The translations under genes were made by a program, and so were the position numbers. 39,870 bases of DNA from an uncultured bacterium (GTDB taxonomy: Bacteria; Auribacterota; CAZIXI01), in the NCBI GenBank assembly GCA_964543115.1, contig CAZIXI010000002.1, forward strand, positions 1 to 39,870. The letters are read 5' to 3'. Below, one piece after another: positions 24,200 to 32,698 of the stretch (position 1 is the first letter of the stretch; every line of letters starts with the position of its first letter). A model generated the notes under the pieces. The model saw only the letters and a list, made by a program, of their open reading frames with translations, did not search any database and had not been told where the DNA came from.

Positions 24200-24805
24200 A
24201 TGAAACTTAGAATTAAAGCATTTACCCTCGTGGAGTTGCTGCTGGCGATTACCCTGTTTTCCATTATTGTGGTAGGGATTTATTCCAGTCTGGCAACGGG
24301 TCTTCGTATCCATAAAAGAGCGGGCAGTCTCGGGGGTGAGTATCGTGACCTGGGATTGATGTTTCATCATCTGGCCAAGGATCTGCGCTCGGCTGTGGCG
24401 ATGAATGGAATTTATCTGGTGGAGGAATCGCAGGGGCTCTATTTTTATTCTCAGCAGTATCAGCCGGGCGGCAGTTGGGGATTATTTAAGATTACCTATA
24501 GTTGGGACAGGGCAGCGGACTATTGGACGGTTTATCGCCTGAAAGAGACTTATCTGGACAGTTTGCAGAAGGAGCATGGTAAGGGAGAGGAAATACTTAG
24601 TGAAATTAATCAGCTGGATTTTCTCTATGGTTATGTAAAGGCTACTGACATGCAGGAGAGCGAGTTCGAATGGAAGGATAGCTGGGAAGAAAAGGCCTTT
24701 CCCCGGATGGTTTGTGTCAAGGCGCGTGCCGGTGAAGAATCATTGCAAAAGGTAATTTATTATCCCGCTGGGATAATAGCGGAAGTTAAAGATATAATGG
24801 AATAA
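24200..24805 (+). CDS. Minor pseudopilin, GspJ-like (Ala at the -1 cleavage position)
   Basis: 201-aa ORF with an MKLRIKA/FTLVELLLAITLFSIIV prepilin-like N-terminus. Its position between the I-like and K genes supports the call. Confidence 0.55.
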   Translation: MKLRIKAFTLVELLLAITLFSIIVVGIYSSLATGLRIHKRAGSLGGEYRDLGLMFHHLAKDLRSAVAMNGIYLVEESQGLYFYSQQYQPGGSWGLFKITYSWDRAADYWTVYRLKETYLDSLQKEHGKGEEILSEINQLDFLYGYVKATDMQESEFEWKDSWEEKAFPRMVCVKARAGEESLQKVIYYPAGIIAEVKDIME

Positions 24806-25854
24806 TGAAGATAAGAGAACAGGCCACAATATTGATTATGACCCTCTGGGTGCTGACATTGCTTTCCACTATTGCTTTGAGTATAACTTATCAGATGCGC
24901 CTGGAGCTGAAAATGATCAGAACTGAGCTGGATAAGGCGAAAAGTGAGCCGATAGCGGAAGCGGCCCTGATTCAGGCCCTGGCGGTGCTGGCGCAGGATC
25001 AGGGGGAGTATAATGCCCTTAACGGGATGTGGAGTAATCACACTACGCAAATGTATAAGTATAATCCGTTTAACCAGATTGCTGTTGGTGAGGGAACATT
25101 CACGATTAGTTATACTTACACTAAGGATGTGCTTTCCGGTTATGAACAGGTCTTTTACGGGATGCAGGATGAGGAAAGAAGAATAAATATTAACAAAGCC
25201 ACGCAAGATATGCTAGAATCATTGCCTGGGATAACCGCGGAAGCAGCCAGCAGTATTCGCGCTTGGCGCGGTGATCCGGAAATGCCGGCTAACGATCTCC
25301 TCAAAGAGGATGTGTACTACCAGGGATTAGCTAAACCCTATAAGCGCAAGGGTAAGGATTTTGAGTGTCTGGCAGAACTGCTTCTTGTTAGGGGGATAAC
25401 GCCGGAGCTGGTTTTTGGCAAGGATTTAAATAATGATGGGATCATCGATATCAATGAAGGGGGATTAAACAGATATCTGACGGTTTATGGCGAAGGACTG
25501 GTAAATATTAATACAGCCGGCCTAACCGTTCTCCGGGCATTGGGTTTTACGGAAGATTTGTCTTATGCTATTATGCGGTATCGTAATGGCCCGGATGAGC
25601 AGATAAGCACAACCGATGACCGGATATTTACCGATGTAGCCAATATTGCCAGTGCGGTTTCCACTGTGGAACCGCTGCTGGAACAGGAAACAACTTTGCT
25701 GGATCAGAAGAAAGATCTTTTAACAGTAAGTTCGCAGTATTTTTTAGTGCAAATCAAAGCCAGTATTCCGGAAAAGGCGGAATATTATGCCTGGGCGGTT
25801 ATAGATAAACAAGCCGAACCGGGAAACCAGGTAATCAGCTGGAAGGAAATTTAG
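24805..25854 (+). CDS. gspK: Minor pseudopilin GspK
   Basis: 349-aa ORF. It has a hydrophobic N-terminus without Glu5, plus RRININKATQDMLESLPGIT.E.A..I..WR and a second NINTAGLTVLRAL HhH-like repeat, both typical of T2SSK. Confidence 0.75.
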   Translation: MKIREQATILIMTLWVLTLLSTIALSITYQMRLELKMIRTELDKAKSEPIAEAALIQALAVLAQDQGEYNALNGMWSNHTTQMYKYNPFNQIAVGEGTFTISYTYTKDVLSGYEQVFYGMQDEERRININKATQDMLESLPGITAEAASSIRAWRGDPEMPANDLLKEDVYYQGLAKPYKRKGKDFECLAELLLVRGITPELVFGKDLNNDGIIDINEGGLNRYLTVYGEGLVNINTAGLTVLRALGFTEDLSYAIMRYRNGPDEQISTTDDRIFTDVANIASAVSTVEPLLEQETTLLDQKKDLLTVSSQYFLVQIKASIPEKAEYYAWAVIDKQAEPGNQVISWKEI

Positions 25855-25859
25855 CAGGT

Positions 25860-27332
25860 ATGAAGAAGAAGGGATTAATCGCACTGGAGTTAGACAGCCA
25901 ATTGCTTAAGGTAATGACCGGGCAGGTAGTGCTTGATGGCTGGCAGGTGGATTCATGTGAGATAAGAAAAATAGCAGATTTACCGGAAGAAGAATTAATT
26001 ACCCTCCTGAAAGAACTTTTACCGGCAAAAAAAATAAAGGCCAGCAAAGTATTAATGCTTGTTCCCCGGTCGCTGGTAACCGTGAAATATCTTAATTTGC
26101 CGGCTACTTCCGCTGATGAATTGCAAAGTATGGTTGATTTCCAGGCCGGCCGGCAGATACCGTATAATCCGGATGAAATTATTTACGATTATCAGGTTCT
26201 TGGTCCTATCCAAAACGGATATGCCCGCGTTCTGCTGGCGATTGTCCGGCGCGAGCTTGTTCTTAGGTATCTGGACTTACTGGATAGGGCAGGTATACGG
26301 CTGGAAAGGCTGGAGCTGAGTTCCCTGGCCCTGGTTCAAGCCTATGGTTATGTTAATCAATTACAACAAGCGGAAGATAAAAAGCTGCCGCAAGATGTGC
26401 CGGTAGCCCTGATCGATGTTGATTATACCAGTACGGATATTGTAGTTATCCAGAATGGCGTTTCCTTATTTACCCGCGCACTTTCGATCGGGACAAAGCA
26501 GTTGGAAAAAAGTCAGGATGAGTGGCTGGATGAAATAACCCGTTCACTTACGGTTTTCGCGCGTGAACAGAAACAGAAAGTCGCCCAGATTGTTGTTCCT
26601 GGAGATGGAGCAGGCAAGATAAGCGGGCTGCTGAAACAGCGGGTTGCCATACCGGCGGTGTCTTGTGATATTGAACCATTGGTTAAGGGAGTTTCCTTTC
26701 AGGATGGCGCGATTGCGGCGGAAGGTATTCATGTGTCTATTGCCGGTTTGTTAGGGTTGCTTAGGGAAGGTACAGCTACTACTGTTAATTTGATTCCGCA
26801 ATCCGTGCGCCACAGCTGGCTGGTTAAGCAACAGCGGAAATCATTGGTTTTAAGCGGATTGCTTTTAGTGGGCATCATCGCGGTGCTTGGCCTTACTCTG
26901 AATAAAAAAATTGCCGATCGTAAAACATACTTAGGTTATCTTCAGCAACGGGTGAACAAAACAGAACCGAGCGCAAAGGAACTGGCGATTAAGAAAGAAA
27001 GATTGGCATTAATTAAAAATCAGCTTTCAGTAGAAAGGACCAGTCTGGATGTGTTGCGGGAACTCTATCAGATCATTCCGCCGAAAACCTCCATTAATGT
27101 CTTTATCTATGACGATAAGCTCGGGGTGACCATTAAAGGTACTTCTCCGGCCATGAGTGAGGTTTTTGCCCTGATCCCCAAACTGGAAGAATCGGTGTAT
27201 TTTGAAAACGTAACTTCCCGTTATGCCACGCGGAGAAAGATAAAGGGTCAGGAGCTGGTGGATTTTCATATTGATTGTCTCACGGAAAAAACTGGTTCTC
27301 TGGAAACCGAAGAAGAGGGAGGAGAAAGTTGA
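25860..27332 (+). CDS. PilM (actin-like ATPase fold) fused to a PilN-like TM/periplasmic domain; a functional GspL equivalent
   Basis: 490-aa ORF. A PilM-like N-terminal ~310 aa is followed by a single TM (LVLSGLLLVGIIAVLGLTL at about residue 335) and a ~130-aa coiled-coil + beta periplasmic tail, as in PilN/GspL. Confidence 0.7.
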   Translation: MKKKGLIALELDSQLLKVMTGQVVLDGWQVDSCEIRKIADLPEEELITLLKELLPAKKIKASKVLMLVPRSLVTVKYLNLPATSADELQSMVDFQAGRQIPYNPDEIIYDYQVLGPIQNGYARVLLAIVRRELVLRYLDLLDRAGIRLERLELSSLALVQAYGYVNQLQQAEDKKLPQDVPVALIDVDYTSTDIVVIQNGVSLFTRALSIGTKQLEKSQDEWLDEITRSLTVFAREQKQKVAQIVVPGDGAGKISGLLKQRVAIPAVSCDIEPLVKGVSFQDGAIAAEGIHVSIAGLLGLLREGTATTVNLIPQSVRHSWLVKQQRKSLVLSGLLLVGIIAVLGLTLNKKIADRKTYLGYLQQRVNKTEPSAKELAIKKERLALIKNQLSVERTSLDVLRELYQIIPPKTSINVFIYDDKLGVTIKGTSPAMSEVFALIPKLEESVYFENVTSRYATRRKIKGQELVDFHIDCLTEKTGSLETEEEGGES

Positions 27333-27865
27333 AACTTTTAATGCGGCTTTCAGCCAGGGAAAGATGGATGTTGTATCTGGCGGCTATCGCTATTTTGGGG
27401 ATCGTTGCTTATCTCTTGGTGCTTGAGCCTGCCTGGCTGAACTGGAAGAATCTGAATAAATCGATTTATGATAAGGAACGGGCCCTGCTGAAGAACATCA
27501 AGATTATGGCCCAAAAGGATTTGATTGATGAATACTATGATAAATACGCGCAATCGCTTAAGATGAAGGGATCTGTGGAAGAGGAGACGGCAGTGATCTT
27601 GAGTGAGATTGAAAATATTGGCCGGAGCAGTAATGTCCAAATTATAGATATTAAACCGCATCGAGTGCAGGATATGGAGTTCTATAAGGAATATTTTATT
27701 GAGTTAGAAGCGGAAGGGAACATAACTAATCTGTCCAAATTTATCTATGAATTGCAAAACTCTAAACAGATCCTTAAGGTTCGTCACCTGCGCCTCAACG
27801 CCAAGGGAACTTCCGGTGATACGCTTAAGGGCTACATGATCGTTACTAAGATATTAATCCCGTAA
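27329..27865 (+). CDS. PilO/GspM-like bitopic assembly protein
   Basis: A TM helix (WMLYLAAIAILGIVAYLLVL) is followed by a coiled coil and a ferredoxin-like tail (...IIDIKP......FYKEY.IELEAEGNITNLSKFIYELQNS.QILKV..L.L). Start TTG 27329 lies 6 nt after GGAGG and overlaps the upstream stop (TTGA). The track start at 27275 lies inside the upstream gene. Confidence 0.6.
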   Translation: MKLLMRLSARERWMLYLAAIAILGIVAYLLVLEPAWLNWKNLNKSIYDKERALLKNIKIMAQKDLIDEYYDKYAQSLKMKGSVEEETAVILSEIENIGRSSNVQIIDIKPHRVQDMEFYKEYFIELEAEGNITNLSKFIYELQNSKQILKVRHLRLNAKGTSGDTLKGYMIVTKILIP

Positions 27866-27900
27866 TTAAGAGTTCGGAGTGATCTTCGATCGGAGTATTT

Positions 27901-28773
27901 ATGAGTTATTATCGGGTATTGGGATTAGAGCGGGAGCCGTTTTCCACCAGTCCGGATCCGGATTTTCTTTATCGCTCTCCCAGTCATAAGGCGGCCCTGC
28001 ACCGCTTGGAGATTGCCATCAGACTGCGGCGGGGATTGTCCCTGCTCCTCGGTGATGTGGGTACGGGAAAAACCACTCTGGCCCGCACCTTGATCCAGGC
28101 TTTTCGTAATGAACCTCAATTTGTATTCCATATTATCCTTGATCCTCATTATAAATCACGTTCTCATTTTGAGGCTGAACTCTGCCGCTCTTTCGGAGTG
28201 GAAACCAGAGGAGAAGGGTGTACCGCCGCCCTGGAGAATCATCTTTTCCAGAAAGGGGTGATTGAGAACAAAGTTGTGGTGCTCATTATTGATGAGGCCC
28301 AGAAACTCAGCCTTTCCGGCATAGAGGTGTTACGTACCCTGTTAAATTATGAAACCAATGAATTCAAGTTGTTACAGCTGGTTATTATGGGACAGTTAGA
28401 GTTCTTGGCCAAAGGCGGACGGACCAGGAATTTTATGGATCGGGTAGCGTTCCGTTACCTGCTTAATCCGCTGGATGAAGATGAGACCAGATCGATGATT
28501 GATTATCGGTTGTTTCAGGCCGGTTGTCAGAGTGGTCAGGAGCTGTTCACGGCGGGGGCGATCAGAGAAATATATAATTATACAAAAGGCTACCCGCGGC
28601 GGATTACGTTTTTCTGTCATCAGGTATTAGAAAATATGATAATGCGTGAATGCCGGGTCGCGGACGGAGAGTTAATCAAGGAACTGATTAAGGAAGAGAT
28701 TGATTTATATCATGCCCGTTCACTTGTCGAAGAGCCGCCCCCGGCACGGGCGATTACCGAGGTTGTTAGTTAA
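27901..28773 (+). CDS. ExeA/GspA/MshM-like AAA+ ATPase, minimal form with no C-terminal peptidoglycan-binding region
   Basis: 290-aa ORF. YYRVLGLEREPFSTSPDPDFLY.S.SH..AL..L, Walker A (GDVGTGKTT) and Walker B (VVLIIDEAQ) match the ExeA-type AAA_22 architecture. Confidence 0.8.
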   Translation: MSYYRVLGLEREPFSTSPDPDFLYRSPSHKAALHRLEIAIRLRRGLSLLLGDVGTGKTTLARTLIQAFRNEPQFVFHIILDPHYKSRSHFEAELCRSFGVETRGEGCTAALENHLFQKGVIENKVVVLIIDEAQKLSLSGIEVLRTLLNYETNEFKLLQLVIMGQLEFLAKGGRTRNFMDRVAFRYLLNPLDEDETRSMIDYRLFQAGCQSGQELFTAGAIREIYNYTKGYPRRITFFCHQVLENMIMRECRVADGELIKELIKEEIDLYHARSLVEEPPPARAITEVVS

Positions 28774-29427
28774 ATGACTGAGAACATATCTCCGGAAGAA
28801 AAATTATTGCATTTAATTAAGGGACAAAATGGATCCGCGCCGGCTGGTAAGGATAATTCTTTACCGTCTTCCGCCTCTTCCGCTGCCGGTCGCGAGGAAG
28901 CTGGCGAAGCTGTGCCGGAGGGAGTTGTCCTCAATAAAAAAGAGCCAAAACTCAAAGATCAGTTTATTGTGTTAAATAAGGGGCTGGTTCTTCTCCTGGT
29001 TGTTATCGCGGGTATAATGGTTTTGGGCTATATTTTCCCTTATCAATCTAAAGTGAGTATTCCCGATCGGATACCGGTAGCGTCTTCTACGGGTTTAATG
29101 GAAGAAAAAGTCGGTGAACGGCCGCGGCTCTCTTACTATACGGCAAAGATGGGGGGGAGGAAGATGTTTAAGATTTTTGAACCGCCCAGGCCGAAAGCAA
29201 AAAAGCAGGAAAAGCCAAAGGTGACTTTACAGCAGCTGCTGGCCGGATATACTTTTGTGGGTATAATCGGCGGTGATCCGCCCCAGGTGATTGTGGAAGA
29301 TAAAAAGAGCGGACAGAATCATTACTTAACTGCCGGCCAGAATGTCGGGGAGATTAAGATAGAAGATGTTCAGCGCGGTAAAGTAACCGTTAGTCATGAA
29401 GAAGAGACAATGGACATCAATATTTGA
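28774..29427 (+). CDS. Bitopic protein with GspC-HR/PilP/ExeB-like C-terminal beta domain
   Basis: 217-aa ORF whose ATG directly abuts the exeA-like stop. It has a Ser/Ala/Glu-rich N-terminus, one TM (LVLLLVVIAGIMVLGYIF) and a C-terminus (YTFVGIIGGDPPQVIVEDKKSGQNHYLTAGQNVGEIKIEDVQRGKVTV) resembling HR/PilP domains. Confidence 0.45.
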   Translation: MTENISPEEKLLHLIKGQNGSAPAGKDNSLPSSASSAAGREEAGEAVPEGVVLNKKEPKLKDQFIVLNKGLVLLLVVIAGIMVLGYIFPYQSKVSIPDRIPVASSTGLMEEKVGERPRLSYYTAKMGGRKMFKIFEPPRPKAKKQEKPKVTLQQLLAGYTFVGIIGGDPPQVIVEDKKSGQNHYLTAGQNVGEIKIEDVQRGKVTVSHEEETMDINI

Positions 29428-29468
29428 TAGTATTAAATTCATAAAAAATATATTATTATTGCGGATCG

Positions 29469-29484
29469 CGGACCGAACGTTGCA
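29469..29484 (+). promoter_or_regulatory. sigma54-type -24/-12 candidate upstream of the secretin gene (cGGaccgaacgTTGCA)
   Basis: GG at 29470-29471 and GC at 29482-29483 are separated by exactly 10 nt, and the -12 region reads TTGCA. CG falls at the consensus CG positions of TGGCACG. No activator gene was seen in the window. Confidence 0.3.
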
Positions 29485-29491
29485 CGAAAAA

Positions 29492-29526
29492 ATCCGAAAT
29501 CCGAAATCCGAAATCCGAAATCGAAT
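29492..29526 (+). repeat. Heptamer tandem array (ATCCGAA x4 plus one degenerate unit ATCGAAT) in the secretin leader
   Basis: Read directly: aaaaa ATCCGAA ATCCGAA ATCCGAA ATCCGAA ATCGAAT ttGGAGGgg. The array ends 13 nt before ATG 29540. Confidence 0.9.
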
Positions 29527-29539
29527 TTGGAGGGGTTAA

Positions 29540-31564
29540 ATGAAAAAAATTACGTGTATATTCCTTGTTGTTTTTCTGCTTGGCCTTACTTTTAGCGGCC
29601 GGGCCGAGAAGGACGGGTTTCCCAATGATCTTTCCGGCCGGGTAGAGAAAAGTGAGGCTAGCGTGAAAACGGCGGCGCGCGGATCCGCTGAGGTAGATGA
29701 AGTAGGCAGAGCAAAAAAGACCGAACGCAAGCCTGCCCAGAAATCTGTCCGGAAGCCCAGTGCCAACACGATTACTCTGGAATTGAAAAATATGGATGTG
29801 GTGGAAGTGATTAAGCTCCTGGCCACTAAGAGCGGTATTGATGTAGTGATCAGCAATAATGTGCGCGGCCGAATATCGCTTTTCCTTGATGAAGTGCCGG
29901 TCTGGGACGCGATGCAGATAGTGTTTGAGACCGTGGACCTGGCCTATACCAAGCATGGTAATATTTTCCGGATCATTACCGGCCGGGAATATGAACAGCA
30001 GTTTGGCCGCAAATTTCATGACAAACGTGATGTAAAGATAATTGAGTTGAAATACGCCAAGGCCGATGATGTAACCAGGGAACTGCGCAGTCTTAAAAGC
30101 AGGATTGGAAATATTGTGCCCGATACGCGCACGAATTCAATCATTGTTCTGGATACGCCCGAGAGTATCAAAATGATCGAGGATACTCTGGCGGAACTTG
30201 ATGTTGAGATTCAGACGAAGGTTTTTGAGCTGAAGAATACCCCGGCTAAAACACTGGAGAATATCTTAAAGAAATTACTTTCCAAACGAGGGGCGCTGCA
30301 CGTGGATGACCTGACCAATAAGATAATTGTCAGTGATTGCCCTTATGTGATTGAAAAGGCTTCCTTGGTGAATGCTGAAAATCACCGTCCGACAATCCTC
30401 GAAACAAAAGTTTTCAAATTAAATTACGCTAAATTTGATAAAGTTGAAGAGCAGATTAAGGCTATCCTGACCAAGGATATTGGCACAATCAAAAGTGACG
30501 AGCGGACCAATATAGTGATAGTCAGTGATCTGCCGGAAAAAATCAGGGAAGTGGAGGTAGCGGTTGCCGCCTATGACGCACCTACCCGCCAGGTGCTGAT
30601 TGAGGCGAAGATCGTGCAGGTGGCTCTGAGTGACGCCTTTAGCATGGGCATTAACTGGCAGTTTATCCTCAATAAGGTCTGGGTAGAAAGGATATTTGAT
30701 ACCGATACTATTGATATGACCCTTTCCCAGGTTTTTGAAACCCTTTCAGAAATAGGAACCACTGATACGGATCCTTTCGATAATTCTCAGCGGGCGGGCC
30801 ATCCGGGAGGCCGGACACTGATTACCGGTACGCTGAAGGAAGGGCATGATTTTGACACGATTATTGATGCCCTGAAGACGGTTGGCGAGACCAATCTCTT
30901 GAGCAGTCCGCGGATCGTGGCAATTAATAATCAAGAGGCCTCAATCAAGGTGGCCCGGCGGGAGGCCTTTGTTACCAACACCGTTGTGCAGAGTACCGGC
31001 ACTTCCACAACGGCGGAAAACGTGACCTTTGTTGATGTTGGTATTCTGTTAACCGTTACGCCGACAATTAACGAAGATGATTTTGTCTCTTTAAAAATCA
31101 AGCCGGAAATCAGTCATGTTGCCGAAAAATTGCGGACCTCGCAGGGCAATCTTATTCCGATTGTGGCCACCCAGGAAGCGGAAACGGTGGTGATGGTTAA
31201 AGACGGCACCACCATTGTCATGGGAGGGTTGATTGAGGACCAGCAGTTGAAGACAACCAAGAAGATTCCCATTATCGGTAGTATTCCCATCTTAGGGGTG
31301 CCGTTCCGGCAGGAGTCAAATTCTCTAAAGAAGAATGAACTGGTAATCTTTCTTACCCCCCGGATCGTGACCGGTGATATCGATTTAAGCAGTCCCAGCA
31401 CAAAAATGGTTGAGTATCTCGATAGTATAAAGGAAGAACAACAGCAGGCCACTGATGAGACAGTGTTCCAGCAGGAACCGGTTATTGTTGAGCCAATTAA
31501 GGTAGAAACGGAAGAGCCAAAATCAGAACCACTGACAAATTTTGAGCCTCGTTATAAAAACTAA
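29540..31564 (+). CDS. gspD: Outer-membrane secretin (GspD/PilQ/MshL family)
   Basis: 674-aa ORF. It has a signal peptide, an N0/STN-like module (ITLELKNMDVVEVIKLLATKSGIDVVIS..V.GRISL.L..VPVWDAMQIV), repeated Secretin_N modules and a C-terminal secretin core (...LLSSPRIVA.NNQEA.I.V......KIPIIGSIPILG.PFR......ELVIFLTPRIV). Confidence 0.9.
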   Translation: MKKITCIFLVVFLLGLTFSGRAEKDGFPNDLSGRVEKSEASVKTAARGSAEVDEVGRAKKTERKPAQKSVRKPSANTITLELKNMDVVEVIKLLATKSGIDVVISNNVRGRISLFLDEVPVWDAMQIVFETVDLAYTKHGNIFRIITGREYEQQFGRKFHDKRDVKIIELKYAKADDVTRELRSLKSRIGNIVPDTRTNSIIVLDTPESIKMIEDTLAELDVEIQTKVFELKNTPAKTLENILKKLLSKRGALHVDDLTNKIIVSDCPYVIEKASLVNAENHRPTILETKVFKLNYAKFDKVEEQIKAILTKDIGTIKSDERTNIVIVSDLPEKIREVEVAVAAYDAPTRQVLIEAKIVQVALSDAFSMGINWQFILNKVWVERIFDTDTIDMTLSQVFETLSEIGTTDTDPFDNSQRAGHPGGRTLITGTLKEGHDFDTIIDALKTVGETNLLSSPRIVAINNQEASIKVARREAFVTNTVVQSTGTSTTAENVTFVDVGILLTVTPTINEDDFVSLKIKPEISHVAEKLRTSQGNLIPIVATQEAETVVMVKDGTTIVMGGLIEDQQLKTTKKIPIIGSIPILGVPFRQESNSLKKNELVIFLTPRIVTGDIDLSSPSTKMVEYLDSIKEEQQQATDETVFQQEPVIVEPIKVETEEPKSEPLTNFEPRYKN

Positions 31565-31582
31565 CGGTTAGGCAAGCGGCAG

Positions 31583-32698
31583 TCAATAACCATTCCTATA
31601 ATATGCAGTCCCAAGCGGAGCTTGGGATTGATATAGTTTAGCAAACCGCTGCAGCATTAATTCTTGCGAAAATTCCTTTTCCACCCGCCTGCGGGCATTA
31701 GCCCCCAGTTTTTTTTGTAGTTGTTGGTCAGTCAGCAGTCTGTTTATTGCCTGGGCCAGGGCCTGAGTGTTTTTTGGCGGAACCACAATACCGGTAATTC
31801 CATCTTGATTTACGTAAGGTACTCCCGTTGCCAGATTAGTACTGACCAGCGGTTTTCCGCAGGCCATGGCCTCCAGCTGGACAATACCGAAGGCCTCACT
31901 GCGGAAGATAGACGGAAGCACAAAGATGGTGCAGGTCTGGTAATAGGCGGGGAGTTTGCTCTCTGGGATAGACCCGAGAAAAATAACCTTATTTTGTAAG
32001 TTTAGTGAGCTTACCAGTGCCTTTAGTTTTTCTTCTTCTTTGCCCCGGCCGACAATCAATAGCCTGCTCTTAATCTGTGTCATTGCTTGAATGAGATATT
32101 TCAGGCCTTTATAATAACGTAATTTCCCCACGAATAAAATAAAAGGCCCTGTTGATAACAATTCGCTTTGCGGGGACTGAAATTTAGCCAGATCAATGCC
32201 ATGAGGAATAACAACGCATTTGTTTTTGAAACAGCGGAGAAAAGGAGAACTGTCGATATAGTTAGGGGAGGTGGCAATAATTTTATCGGCCCGGTTGAGA
32301 AACTTCCTTAGTACCGGGCCGTAAACGCTCAGTGCCCATTTCTGCCGGACAATATCACTGTGATAGGTAACCACCACTTTTCCTTGGGGGCGGGCAAGGA
32401 GGTAGCTGCAGACTGCGGTTGGACAGGGCAGGTGAAAGTGCAGGATATCGGCCCGCAGCTTTTTTAACCACCAGGGCATAGTTGGGCAGAAAGGCGCGCT
32501 GAAGGCGCGGGCTATTTCCAATACTCTGGTTACTTGAACACCATTTATTGTTTCTTTATCTGTCCTGAACTTGCGGCTGGAGACCAGAACCTCCAGCTCG
32601 AATTTATCACGCAACCCTTCACAGATTAGGTTAATATGCTGTTCCATGCCGCCAAAAACCGGGGGGTAGTAATCATTGTATATATGCAGTATTTTCAT
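31583..32698 (-). CDS. GT4-family glycosyltransferase
   Basis: 371-aa ORF with a GT-B fold and the E-x7-E region (SEAFGIVQLEAMACGKPLVSTNL.TG). Confidence 0.85.
   Translation of the reverse strand: MKILHIYNDYYPPVFGGMEQHINLICEGLRDKFELEVLVSSRKFRTDKETINGVQVTRVLEIARAFSAPFCPTMPWWLKKLRADILHFHLPCPTAVCSYLLARPQGKVVVTYHSDIVRQKWALSVYGPVLRKFLNRADKIIATSPNYIDSSPFLRCFKNKCVVIPHGIDLAKFQSPQSELLSTGPFILFVGKLRYYKGLKYLIQAMTQIKSRLLIVGRGKEEEKLKALVSSLNLQNKVIFLGSIPESKLPAYYQTCTIFVLPSIFRSEAFGIVQLEAMACGKPLVSTNLATGVPYVNQDGITGIVVPPKNTQALAQAINRLLTDQQLQKKLGANARRRVEKEFSQELMLQRFAKLYQSQAPLGTAYYRNGY

Noticed and set aside
27275-27328. Upstream extension of the PilO-like ORF overlapping the PilM-PilN gene by 58 nt
   Set aside because: The extension (MSHGKNWFSGNRRRGRRK) lies fully inside the upstream CDS. 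A GGAGG + 6 nt + TTG start at 27329 overlapping the stop codon is a better-supported coupled start.
594-29526. Whether the short tandem repeats (594-634, 14845-14900, 21376-21416, 29492-29526) are CRISPR arrays
   Set aside because: Repeat units are 7-12 bp with no unique spacers of 25-40 bp, copy numbers are 2-5, and no cas genes are present. They are not CRISPR.
29456-30019. Minus-strand ORFs of 187 aa (29456-30019) and 106 aa (29536-29856) across the secretin start and heptamer array
   Set aside because: They are antisense to a secretin gene with clear family motifs. Their products are low-complexity, no SD is present, and their 3' ends simply read through the tandem repeats. They are most likely frame artefacts.
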